Made by a program: the position numbers and the translations under genes. Of a DNA stretch of 64,000 nucleotides, positions 51,697-60,511 are shown piece by piece. Location of the stretch: contig CAVWIH010000014.1 in assembly GCA_963755025.1 (NCBI GenBank), forward strand, positions 192,001 to 256,000. The letters run 5' to 3'. This DNA is from an uncultured Actinomycetes bacterium. Its GTDB lineage: Bacteria > Actinomycetota > Thermoleophilia > UBA2241. Under the pieces are notes generated by a model. The model ran no database searches. It saw only the letters and a program-made list of their open reading frames with translations, and was not told the DNA's origin. Within the stretch, counting starts at the first letter, position 1; every line of letters begins with the position of its first letter.

Positions 51697-51783
51697 GGCC
51701 CGGCGCCGCGAGCGGCGCGCCTCGCTCAGCACGCTCGCGCTCCCGTCGCGCCGCCGGGCGCCCCTGCGAAGGGCGGCGGGCGC

Positions 51784-53458
51784 TCACTCGCCCTTCAGGT
51801 CGCGCCGCGCAAAGGCCGCGCCGCCGAGCGCGGCCGCGACGATGCCGATGGCGACCATGATGGCTGCGCTCTCCCAGTCGGGCGCGACCGCCGGAGCGGC
51901 CGCCATCTCGTGGAACAGCGAGGTGTCGAGCAGCCAGTGGCTGATCACGACCGTGCCGCCCAGCACCTCGATCAGCAGCGACCACGCCAGCACGACGTAC
52001 ACGGCGGCGCTCGCCGCGCGCGGCCGTACGCCCAGCACCAGCACGCCGATGCCCAGCAGGCAGAGCGCGGGGGCCGCCAGGTTGAGGCCGGCGGCGATCA
52101 TGGTCCCAAAGCCCACGCCGGCGTTCTGGCTGGCCGCGCCGAGCCAGGCGCAAACGCCGGCCAGCAGGCCGCCGGTGACCACCGCGGCGGCGGCCACCGC
52201 GACCCTGCCCGACAGCCACGCCCAGCGCGAGACGGGCCGCACGAGCAGGTGCTCGAGGCGCCCCTCGGCCTCTTCGGCGCGCGCGGCGCCCACCTGTCCG
52301 GCGGCGATCACGCCGACGAGCACCGCCATCATAAGGAAGGTCACCCCGAGATAGGCCGCGGCGCCCGTGCCGGGTGCGCCGAGGCGCGTGAAGGCCTGCT
52401 TGATGCCCGGCGAGCTCGTGATCGCCCCCTCGGCCGACGAGGCGACCACGCCGACCAGCAGACCGAAGGCGACGATCGCCACGCCCCAGCCCGCGAAGGC
52501 GCCGCGCACCAGGCGCAGGGCCAGGCCGAACGGCCCAAAGAGCAGGCGCGTGTGCGGCCGCGCGCTGCTGCGGTCGGGCAGGGTGGCGGCGCCGAGGTCG
52601 CGCCGGCCGGCCAGAACGACGGTCAGCCCGGCGAGCACCGCGACGAAGGCGGCGATGGGCAGCAGCGCCAGCGGGTGCGACCCGGTGAGCGGCCGCAGCT
52701 CCTCGATCCAGCCGAGGGGAGTCGCCCAGCGCAGCCAGTCGAGGCCCACTCCGGAGTCGGCCACCATGCGCAGCGCGTAGCTCGCCCCCAGGACGGCGCC
52801 GGCATAGGCGGCCGCCTGGCGGCGGGTGGCGGCGAGCTGCCCGGCGAGGGCGCCCACGGCGAGGAACATGACGGCGCTCGACACCAGGGCGAGCGCGAAG
52901 AACAGGGCGGCGCTCACTCCGATGCCGACCCTCGCCGACTCCCCGACGACCGCGATGATGAGCGCGGTCAGCACCCACAGCACGGCGGCGCCGGCGGCCA
53001 GGCCGGCGAGCGCCTGGGCGGCCGCCGCCCGGCGGGTCGTCTGGCCGGCCAGCAGCAGCTCCCAGCGTCCGGCGTCTTCTTCGCCGCGCAGCAACTTTGT
53101 GCCAGCCAGCAGTCCCCATGTCGCGCCAATCAGATTGACGAAGGCGAGGTACTTCCAGGCGGTGAAGCCGGCGACCGTCTGCAGCCCGTGGGCCGGCCCC
53201 ACGAGCGCGCTCAGGCCCACGTTCGAACCGAAGAGCTTCGTCAGGTGGGCGCGCTGCGCGGCCGTCTTGTAGCTCGACGCGTAGGTGTAGGCCCCCACCG
53301 CCACGTAGGCGCCGAAGACGTAGCCCCACAACACGGCGCCGCGCACGGCGCGCCGCGCCGTGCGCCGCGCGATCAGCGTGGCCGGCGCGCCGCCGGCCGA
53401 CGCCGGCGCCGGGGCGACGGTCGGCGCCGCCGCTCGCCACGACCGCGTCAGTCTGCAT
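51784..53458 (-). CDS. ABC-2 exporter permease with duplicated halves; probable frameshift near 53433
   Basis: RGEEDAGRWELLLAG and RAEEAEGRLEHLL, WATPLGW, RRDL twice. The ATG at 53458 is out of frame with the body. Confidence 0.85.
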
Positions 53459-54542
53459 GGCCCGGCCGGTCGCCCGTCGTTTCGCCGAGGGGCGCGCCCG
53501 GCCGGTCGCCCGTCGTTTCTCCCGCGCGCGGCGCGCCCGGCGCCGCGCCAGCCGTTTCTCCCGCGCGCGGCGCGCCCGGCGCCGCGCCACCCGCAGCCGG
53601 ATCGCCCGGCGCCGCGCCGCCCGGAGAGGGCCCGTCGGCGGGCGCGGCGCCCGCGGGCGCGCCCCCGCCGTAGTGCGCGAGGAACAGCTCCTCGAGCGAG
53701 GGCTCACGGCTGAGCAGCTCGTGGACACCCGCAGCAGCCAGCACCTTGAGCAGGGGCTCGACGCTGCCCCGCACCTGCAGGCGCACGACCCTGCCGTCGG
53801 GCTCGACCGCGCTCACGCCGGGCACTGCGGAGAGGTCGGGCGCGTCGCCGTCGAAGGTGGCTTCGACCGTGAGCGCCGCGAGGTGGCGCATCTGGGCCAG
53901 CGTGCCCATCTCGACCAGCACGCCTTCGCGCAGTATGCCCACGCGGTCGCACAGCGCTTCGACCTCGCTCAGGATATGCGACGACAGAAAGACCGTCTGG
54001 CCACGCTCTCGCGCCTCGCCGATGCAGTGGCGAAAGGCCTGCTCCATGAGCGGGTCGAGCCCGCTGGTGGGTTCGTCGAGCAGGAGCAAGTCGGGCCGGG
54101 TCATGAGGGCGCCGATCAGGATGAGCTTCTGGCGGTTGCCCTTGGAGTAGGCCCGCACCTTCTTGGAGGGATCGAGCTCGAAGCGCGCGATCAGCTCGTC
54201 GCGGTAGGCGGTATCGACCCGGCCCTGGATGCGGCCGAGCAGATGCAGGGTCTCGGCGCCGGTGAGCGAGGGCCACAGGTTGGCCTCGCCGGCCACGTAG
54301 GCGAGACGGCGGTGCGCCGCCACGGTCTGACGCTGACAGTCGAGGCCGAAGATCTCGGCGCGCCCTCTGGTCGGGCGGATGAGGCCGAGCAGCAGGCGGA
54401 TCGTCGTGGTCTTGCCGGCGCCGTTGGGGCCTAGACAGCCCACGACCTCGCCCTGGGCCAGCTCGAGGTCGAGGTCGCGCAACGCGTCGACCGCCCCGTA
54501 GCGCTTGGACAGGCCCTCTGTGCGGATGGCTGTCTCTCCCAC
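53448..54542 (-). CDS. ABC transporter ATP-binding protein with a repetitive C-terminal tail
   Basis: [42 protein letters not shown]. Confidence 0.93.
   Translation of the reverse strand: MGETAIRTEGLSKRYGAVDALRDLDLELAQGEVVGCLGPNGAGKTTTIRLLLGLIRPTRGRAEIFGLDCQRQTVAAHRRLAYVAGEANLWPSLTGAETLHLLGRIQGRVDTAYRDELIARFELDPSKKVRAYSKGNRQKLILIGALMTRPDLLLLDEPTSGLDPLMEQAFRHCIGEARERGQTVFLSSHILSEVEALCDRVGILREGVLVEMGTLAQMRHLAALTVEATFDGDAPDLSAVPGVSAVEPDGRVVRLQVRGSVEPLLKVLAAAGVHELLSREPSLEELFLAHYGGGAPAGAAPADGPSPGGAAPGDPAAGGAAPGAPRAGETAGAAPGAPRAGETTGDRPGAPLGETTGDRPGHAD
53460..53600. repeat. 36-39-bp coding repeats in the ABC ATPase tail
   Basis: PGAPRAGETAGAA / PGAPRAGETTGDR / PGAPLGETTGDR. Confidence 0.8.
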
Positions 54543-54615
54543 CGTGCTTACGTCCTTTCGCAGTAGCAGGTCACGCCGAAGACGTGTCTGCGAGCCGCCC
54601 GCGCGCACTCGGGAC

Positions 54616-55350
54616 TCACCGGCGCGCCGCCGGCAGCGCCCGCTCGGCGGGCGCCTGCAAGGCGGCGACCAGGGTCACCAGGTACTCCCGCAGCTCGGCG
54701 TAGTCGTACAGGCGCAGCGAGCCTTCGGCCGCGCCCAGGATGCGTTCGCAGGCAAGCTCGCTGGCGCGCGTGGCCTCGAGCAGGTCGTCGATGGTGGCCT
54801 CGCTCGCGGCCGGGGCGACCAGGCGCGGCATCATCCACTCGCCGAGCCCGGCCCACAGCCACATCACGGCCCGGCTGGCCCCGGCCGGGTCGCCGACGGC
54901 AAAGAGGCCCTCGGCCCGGCCCTGCGCCACGATCCGGGTGAAGAGCGGGTGGAACTCGGTGAGCGAATCCTGGAGCCGCAGCCGCAAGGCCTGGTTCTCG
55001 TCGCTGTAGAGCACGCGGGAGTAGCTCTCGGCGAGCTCCGGGTTGTCGCGCTTCCAGCCCCACAGCAGGGCGATCACGGCGCGCAGGCGCGCGACCGCGT
55101 CGCCGGGCGTGGCGGCGAGCGTGCGTTCCGCGGTGGCGAGCAGACCGCCGACCTGGCGTCGGCAGGCTTCGGCCAGCAGCTCGGCCTTGGAGTCGAAGTA
55201 GTGGTAGAAGGTGCCCTTGGCGACGCCCACGGCGTCGGTCACGTCTTGCACCGCGACCCGCTCGTAGCCGTCCGTGAGGAACAGGCGCAGGGCCGTGTCG
55301 AGCAGTTCGTTGCGGCGATCTGCGGCGCTTTTGACGACGCGAGTGCGCAT
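54616..55350 (-). CDS. TetR/AcrR family regulator
   Basis: RRNELLDTALRLFLTDGY...VGVAKGTFYHYFDSK. Confidence 0.95.
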   Translation of the reverse strand: MRTRVVKSAADRRNELLDTALRLFLTDGYERVAVQDVTDAVGVAKGTFYHYFDSKAELLAEACRRQVGGLLATAERTLAATPGDAVARLRAVIALLWGWKRDNPELAESYSRVLYSDENQALRLRLQDSLTEFHPLFTRIVAQGRAEGLFAVGDPAGASRAVMWLWAGLGEWMMPRLVAPAASEATIDDLLEATRASELACERILGAAEGSLRLYDYAELREYLVTLVAALQAPAERALPAARR

Positions 55351-55378
55351 GGCGGCGAGCCTCCGTGCCGGCGTAGAC

Positions 55379-55411
55379 GACTGGAGTCGGTCACCGACCG
55401 ACCGTCAGTCA
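55379..55411. promoter_or_regulatory. Putative TetR operator pair
   Basis: GACCGAC-C-GTCAGTC (55396-55410) and GACTG-GAGT-CGGTC (55379-55392), immediately upstream of tetR. Confidence 0.55.
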
Positions 55412-55628
55412 TTTTGCCACACGGCGGGCCGAATGCAACTACGAAACGGGCGCCTCGCCGACCGCGACGCGGTTCTTGCCGAGCCGCTTGGCGTTGGACC
55501 ACCCGCGGCGACCACGCGACGACCTCCGGAGCGCTCGTCACCTGGCGGCGACGTCCTCGTCTCTCCGGGCCGAGACCATCGCCTGCGCGACCCGGCGAGG
55601 GACGTGCGAAAGACCGCCCGCAGCGCGC

Positions 55629-57971
55629 TCAGCGACCGCGGCGCGACAGCCACGTCTCCTGCGACACGAGACGGTCGCGGAACGACAGCACGCGGTCGCG
55701 ACCGGCGCGCTTGGCCGCGTACATCGCCCAGTCCGCCTTGTCGAGCAGCTCGTCTTTGGCCGAGGCGTCGTCGGGGAACGTCGCGATGCCGATGCTCACG
55801 CTCAGCGGGCAGCCGCCCTGGGCGGACACCACCTCGGAGCGTATGCGCTCGGCCACGGTAAGGGCGCCTGCGGTGTCGGTGTCGACCAGCACGAGCACGA
55901 ACTCCTCGCCGCCGTAGCGCGCCGCCAGGTCGACCCGCCGGCTGCACGACTCGACGATGCGCGCGATGCGCGACAGGGCGGCATCGCCGGCCTTGTGCCC
56001 GTGGTCGTCGTTGTAGACCTTGAACTCGTCGCAATCGCAGAACAGCAGGCTCACCCGCGTCTCACGACGGCGGGCGCGCTCGAGCTCCTCTTCGAGGCGT
56101 TCGTGCAGGTAGCGGTGGTTGTAGAGGCCGGTGAGGCCGTCGGTGATGGCCTCGACCTCGGCGCGGCTGAAACGGATGGCGGCGGTCTGCAGCATGGCGG
56201 CCAGGGTGCGGGAGCGATCGGCTTCGAGCCGCTGACCGAGCGACTCGTGTGCCGGCGCGTCGACCGTGACCGCCCCCACGACGCTGCCGGCCGCGTCGCG
56301 CAGCGGCGCGATGCCGGAGACCCAGACGCCGAAGTCGTCGGCGTCCAGGATGTTGGAGTCCAGGCTTTCGCCGCGCAGCACGCGGGCGAGCTCGTCGTCG
56401 GGCAGCCAGGGGTCGCCCACGTGCGACGACTCGTGGTCGGTCTCGCCGGTGTCGAGCACGGTGATGCAGCCGTCGCCCACGAGCGCGTAGCTCGTGACGT
56501 AGCGCACCGGCGGGTGCTCGTCGCGCAGGCGGCGCAACGCGGCCACGGCCGCGCGGTAGCCTTCGCTCGCCTCGTCGGCGCGGCTGCGCCAGCGCCCGTG
56601 CTCGACCGGATCGATGAGCGCCACGGCGCGCCGGGCTAGGTCGGCCACGCGCGCGCGACGCTCCTGAAGGCGCTGCAGCGCGCGCAGGAAGACGGTGACC
56701 ATGCCGGGGTCGAACTGGACCCCCGCACAGCGCCGCAGCTCGGCGAGGCACTGGCCGTAGCTGAGCGCCGGGCGGTAGGGTCGCCGGCACGACATGGCGT
56801 CGTAGCAGTCGACCACACACATGGCGCGGGCGATCAGCGGGATCTCCTCGCCGGCGAGGCCGTCGGGGTAGCCGCCGCCGTCGAACCGTTCGTGGTGGTG
56901 ACGCACGCCCCTGACGAGCTCGTCGTCGAACATGGGACGCACGATCTCGGCACTAATGCCCGGGTGCTGGCGCATGAGCTCCCACTCTTCAGAGGTGAGC
57001 GGACCGCCCTTGAGCAGCACGCGGTCGGACACGCCGATCTTGCCGATGTCGTGGCAGAAGGCGACGTCCTGCACCGCCTGCAGGCGGTCGGTGGGCCAGC
57101 CCAGCTCGGTGCCCAGCATGGTCATGTAGGCGGCCACCCGGTTGGCGTGTCCCAGCGTGTAGTGGTCCTTGGCCGACAGCGCCGAGCTCAGCGCGCGCAG
57201 GTTGCCCAGGTGCAGGCTCTTGACCTCTTCGTAGAGCTCGACGTGCTCGAAGGCCAGGGCCACCAGGCGCCCGACGGCCTCGGCGGTGTCGATCTCCTCG
57301 GCGGTGAACTGCCGCTCGACGCGATCGAGCAGGTCGACCACGCCGACCACCTTGTCGCGCGCCACCAGGGGCAGCGACACGCAACTGCGTTCGCCGTAGC
57401 GCCGCATGGTCTCGCGGTCGGCCGGGCCCAGGCGCGGGTCGTCGAGGCTGGGGATGGTGACCGCGTGGCGCGCCCCGACGGCCAGACGGGCGCAGTTCCA
57501 GTCGGAGAGGCGCAGGCGCTGGCCCACCCAGTCGGCGTCGCAGACACCGTCGATGGTCGACGTCAGGCAGACGAGGTGCTCGTCGCCTTCGAGCCGGTAG
57601 ATGTCGCAATCGGGGATCTTGAGGACCGAGCTCAGACGCCGCGCGGCGGACTGCAGTATCTCGCCCAGGTCGAAGGTCGACGCCAGCTCGAGGCTCGTGT
57701 CGAGCACGAGCTGGTAACGCTCTTCGGCGCGCTGGCGCCGCGTGGCGTCGCCACGCTCGCGCCCTGTGGCGTCGGCGCGCTCGTGCGGGGAGGCCGCGCT
57801 CAGGTAGCGCCCCAAGTCGTCGGCCAGAAACCGGCGCTGGCCGCTCGGTGTGCGCCGGCAGGCGAGAGCGCCGGAGTCGGCCCACCGGCGCACGCTGGTA
57901 GCGCTGACGCCGAGCACATCGGCCGCCTGCTGCACCCGCAGCCATTGAGAGCCCGAACCGGTGGGTGTCAT
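55629..57971 (-). CDS. HTH-GAF-HD-GYP-sensor-GGDEF c-di-GMP signalling protein
   Basis: WLRVQQAADVLGVSATSVRRWADSGAL...RTPSGQRRF (MerR/Xis-type HTH); GAF SLPLVARDKVVGVV; HDIGKIG and HHERFDGGGYPDGL; DGLTGLYN, RRVD I-site, RYGGEEF. Confidence 0.92.
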   Translation of the reverse strand: MTPTGSGSQWLRVQQAADVLGVSATSVRRWADSGALACRRTPSGQRRFLADDLGRYLSAASPHERADATGRERGDATRRQRAEERYQLVLDTSLELASTFDLGEILQSAARRLSSVLKIPDCDIYRLEGDEHLVCLTSTIDGVCDADWVGQRLRLSDWNCARLAVGARHAVTIPSLDDPRLGPADRETMRRYGERSCVSLPLVARDKVVGVVDLLDRVERQFTAEEIDTAEAVGRLVALAFEHVELYEEVKSLHLGNLRALSSALSAKDHYTLGHANRVAAYMTMLGTELGWPTDRLQAVQDVAFCHDIGKIGVSDRVLLKGGPLTSEEWELMRQHPGISAEIVRPMFDDELVRGVRHHHERFDGGGYPDGLAGEEIPLIARAMCVVDCYDAMSCRRPYRPALSYGQCLAELRRCAGVQFDPGMVTVFLRALQRLQERRARVADLARRAVALIDPVEHGRWRSRADEASEGYRAAVAALRRLRDEHPPVRYVTSYALVGDGCITVLDTGETDHESSHVGDPWLPDDELARVLRGESLDSNILDADDFGVWVSGIAPLRDAAGSVVGAVTVDAPAHESLGQRLEADRSRTLAAMLQTAAIRFSRAEVEAITDGLTGLYNHRYLHERLEEELERARRRETRVSLLFCDCDEFKVYNDDHGHKAGDAALSRIARIVESCSRRVDLAARYGGEEFVLVLVDTDTAGALTVAERIRSEVVSAQGGCPLSVSIGIATFPDDASAKDELLDKADWAMYAAKRAGRDRVLSFRDRLVSQETWLSRRGR

Positions 57972-58112
57972 GAGAGTAGTATCGGTCGATTTCGGGGCTT
58001 TCTTGACCAGCTCTTCCACCGCGGCGAGCGCTCGCCGCATGCGCCGACCGCCTCGATGGCCCGGCGGGTCCGCTCCGGTCGCAGGCAGGACCGGCGCCTC
58101 GCCGCGATCGCG

Positions 58113-59273
58113 TCAGTGCATGCCGGTCGCCGCCTGCAGCAGCAGGCTGCTGATGCCGACCGTCGCCCACAGGATGGCGCCGAGCGCCAGCGGGCGCAGC
58201 CCGGCGCTGCGCAGGGCCAGGGGACGCGTGGCCAGCCCGATGCCGCTCAGCGCCATGGTGATCAGGAACAGCGACAGCGTCGACAGCGGCGAGTGGGCGC
58301 CGTGCGGCACGGCGCCCAGGCTGTTGAGCGCGGCCGCGACCAGGAACCCGACCAGGAACCAGGGTACGAGCTGCCAGACCCGCAGGCGGCCCACAGGGCG
58401 ATCGCCGCGGCGTGTGCCGGTGGCCGGCGCGGCGCCGGGGCCTGCGCTCGGAGCGCCGGCGGCCGCCGCGGCCTCGACCGCCGCATTCGCGGCGGCCTTC
58501 GTCTCGCGACGTCTGACCATGACGCTCAGGGCGATGGTGATGGGAATGATCATGAGCGTGCGCGTGAGCTTCACGACGACGGCATAGTCGCCCGCTGCGT
58601 GGCCGTAGGTGTAGGCCGCCGCGATCACCGAGCTCGTGTCGTTGATGGCCGTGCCCGACCACAGACCGAAGGCGTGTTGCGAGAGGCCGAGAAGGTGGCC
58701 CAGCGTCGGGTAGGTCAGCACCGCGATCACGTTGAAGGCGAAGATCGTGCTGATGGCGTACGCGACGTCGGCCTCGGCCGCGCCGATCACCGCCGTGGTG
58801 GCGGCGATCGCCGAGGCCCCGCAGATACCGGTGCCCACGCCGATCAGGGTGCGCAGGTCGCCGTCGATGCCCAGCAGACGCCCGACCCCCCAGGCGGCCA
58901 GCAAGGCGAGAGACAGCGTGCCCAGGAGCACGGGGAGCGACGACCAGCCGGTCTTGGCGATCTGGGCGAGCGAGAGGCCCGTGCCCAGTACGACGATGGC
59001 GAGCTGCAGCACGACGCGGCTGGCGAACGACACGCCGGGCTTCAGGGGCGCATCGAGACCGCGCTTGCGCACCACGACGCCGAGCCCGACGCCGAAGACG
59101 ATGCCGCAGACCGGGGCGCCGACGACGGGCACGAGGCGCCCCACGGCCGTCGCCACCGCGGCGATGGCCGCACACGCCAGCAAGCCCGGCGCCAGCGCCA
59201 GCCCGCGCCGGCTGGGCGGCGGGGGTGGGACGGGCCAGATCTCGAGGGCGTCGGGATCGATGACTGAGGTCAC
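58113..59273 (-). CDS. YeiH/putative sulfate exporter (PSE) family transporter
   Basis: LQLAIVVLG, LIGVGTGICGASAIAA, FGLWSGTAINDTSSV, VVVKLTRT, VPWFL.GF. Confidence 0.92.
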   Translation of the reverse strand: MTSVIDPDALEIWPVPPPPPSRRGLALAPGLLACAAIAAVATAVGRLVPVVGAPVCGIVFGVGLGVVVRKRGLDAPLKPGVSFASRVVLQLAIVVLGTGLSLAQIAKTGWSSLPVLLGTLSLALLAAWGVGRLLGIDGDLRTLIGVGTGICGASAIAATTAVIGAAEADVAYAISTIFAFNVIAVLTYPTLGHLLGLSQHAFGLWSGTAINDTSSVIAAAYTYGHAAGDYAVVVKLTRTLMIIPITIALSVMVRRRETKAAANAAVEAAAAAGAPSAGPGAAPATGTRRGDRPVGRLRVWQLVPWFLVGFLVAAALNSLGAVPHGAHSPLSTLSLFLITMALSGIGLATRPLALRSAGLRPLALGAILWATVGISSLLLQAATGMH

Positions 59274-59465
59274 GGCGACGGCTTTCCTTGGGCCGGCGTG
59301 CTCGCCGGCGAACGCCGTCGTCGGCAGGGCACGGATTTGCCCCGGCGCGGCCGCCTTGGCCTTACGTCGCCGGGCCTGTCGAGTCTACTCGCTCTCGCGG
59401 TCGGGCCTGCGTGTCGCGGCCCCAGGAGGTCGGTTCGTGAATGACAACGCCGGCGTTGGCCGAAG

Positions 59466-59481
59466 ATACCCATAGGGGTAT
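59466..59481. promoter_or_regulatory. CsoR/CstR/RcnR-family operator 1
   Basis: ATACCC-ATAG-GGGTAT palindrome with a G tract, 40 nt upstream of the ferredoxin ATG. Confidence 0.75.
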
Positions 59482-59521
59482 ATTGGTGGCCATCTTGGAG
59501 GCCGACCGCACGGAGTCCCGC

Positions 59522-59707
59522 ATGATCGTCGTCGACGACCGCTATTGTCCGCAGAACCACGCCTGTCCCGCCGTGGCCGCCTGTCCCGAAGGCGCCATGA
59601 CGCAGGACGGTGTCTCTGCCGCGCCGCGCATCGACCACGACCTCTGCACCGAGTGCGGGGTGTGCACGGGCCTCTGTCGCGTCTTTTCGCTGGTGCGCGA
59701 CGAATAG
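59522..59707 (+). CDS. Small 4Fe-4S ferredoxin-like protein (CPQNHxCP type)
   Basis: CPQNHACPAVAACP ... CTECGVCTGLC; RBS GGAG. Confidence 0.9.
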   Translation: MIVVDDRYCPQNHACPAVAACPEGAMTQDGVSAAPRIDHDLCTECGVCTGLCRVFSLVRDE

Positions 59708-59724
59708 GAGCGCGACCGCGCCCC
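59707..59724 (-). promoter_or_regulatory. Candidate bacterial SECIS hairpin
   Basis: GGGGCGC-GGUC-GCGCUCC beginning 14 nt after the UGA at 59740-59738. Confidence 0.5.
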
Positions 59725-59737
59725 GAGGTCAGCGACC

Positions 59738-59935
59738 TCAGCCGTAGCCGCCCGTCGGTACCGCACCACAGGTCGGCGCCGACAGAGGTCCGTTGCTGAG
59801 GAAGCTGCCCACCGTCTGGCGGACGTCGCTCGAGCCGCACTTGGGGCAGCGCTTCTGGCGGTCCTTGATCGCTCCGGCCGTCTCTACGACGAAGCCGTGG
59901 TCGCACGCCTTGCAGACCAGCTTGATAATCGCCAC
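59738..59935 (-). CDS. FmdB-like zinc-ribbon protein; would extend to 59729 if TGA encodes Sec
   Basis: RBS AGGAGG, GTG start; CKAC-N18-CPKC; tail SAPTCGAVPTGGYG, then TGA GGT CGC TGA. Confidence 0.88.
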   Translation of the reverse strand: MAIIKLVCKACDHGFVVETAGAIKDRQKRCPKCGSSDVRQTVGSFLSNGPLSAPTCGAVPTGGYG

Positions 59936-59961
59936 GGCATCCCTCCTGAGAATGACGTCAT

Positions 59962-59977
59962 ATACCCTAGGGGGTAT
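59962..59977. promoter_or_regulatory. CsoR/CstR/RcnR-family operator 2
   Basis: ATACCC-TAGG-GGGTAT, 26 nt upstream of the zinc-ribbon start. Confidence 0.75.
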
Positions 59978-60180
59978 CATAGTCCAAGGCGCCTTCGCCC
60001 TGCAACATCGCCCGCGCATCCGCGCGGGGCACAAGCGGCCGTCGGCGCCGGCGCGCCACGCACGGTGGCGCGCGCCGGCGCGCCACGTCACGGTGGCGCG
60101 CGATACCGCCGGGGTGTAGTCTCGCCCATCCAAAAGTCGACCGGCCCGCCAAACCGGGCCACCGAATCGGAGCGTGGGCC

Positions 60181-60507
60181 ATGAAGGGCACAGCAGACGT
60201 GCAGGCCGGCATCTGCGGGCACCACACGACCGTCGAGGCGCAGAGCGGCGATGCCCGTCGCGTGACGTTCACGATCGAGACGACCTGCGACAACATCGAG
60301 CGCTTCACGGCGCAGGTCGCGGCGGTCGTGCCCGTCGACGCCTACAAGGAGATCAACCCGAAGGCGTCGAGCGACGTGCTCGACTGCGGGCGCGAGGCCC
60401 ACATCTGCACCGACTGCATCGTGCCGGCGTCGGCGCTCAAGGCGTTGCGCATAGCGACCGGCCTGGCGCTGCCGGGCGACGCGGCCATCGCCATCGCCAA
60501 AGGCTGA
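60181..60507 (+). CDS. Cys-rich hypothetical protein (DUF6951-like)
   Basis: GICGH.T.V, IETTC..I, HICTDCIVP...KA....GLALP. Confidence 0.75.
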   Translation: MKGTADVQAGICGHHTTVEAQSGDARRVTFTIETTCDNIERFTAQVAAVVPVDAYKEINPKASSDVLDCGREAHICTDCIVPASALKALRIATGLALPGDAAIAIAKG

Positions 60508-60511
60508 CGCT

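Noticed and set aside
57820-57950. Excisionase-like HTH as a sign of a mobile element
   Set aside because: It is the in-frame N-terminal domain of the c-di-GMP enzyme; no integrase, att site or transposase was seen.
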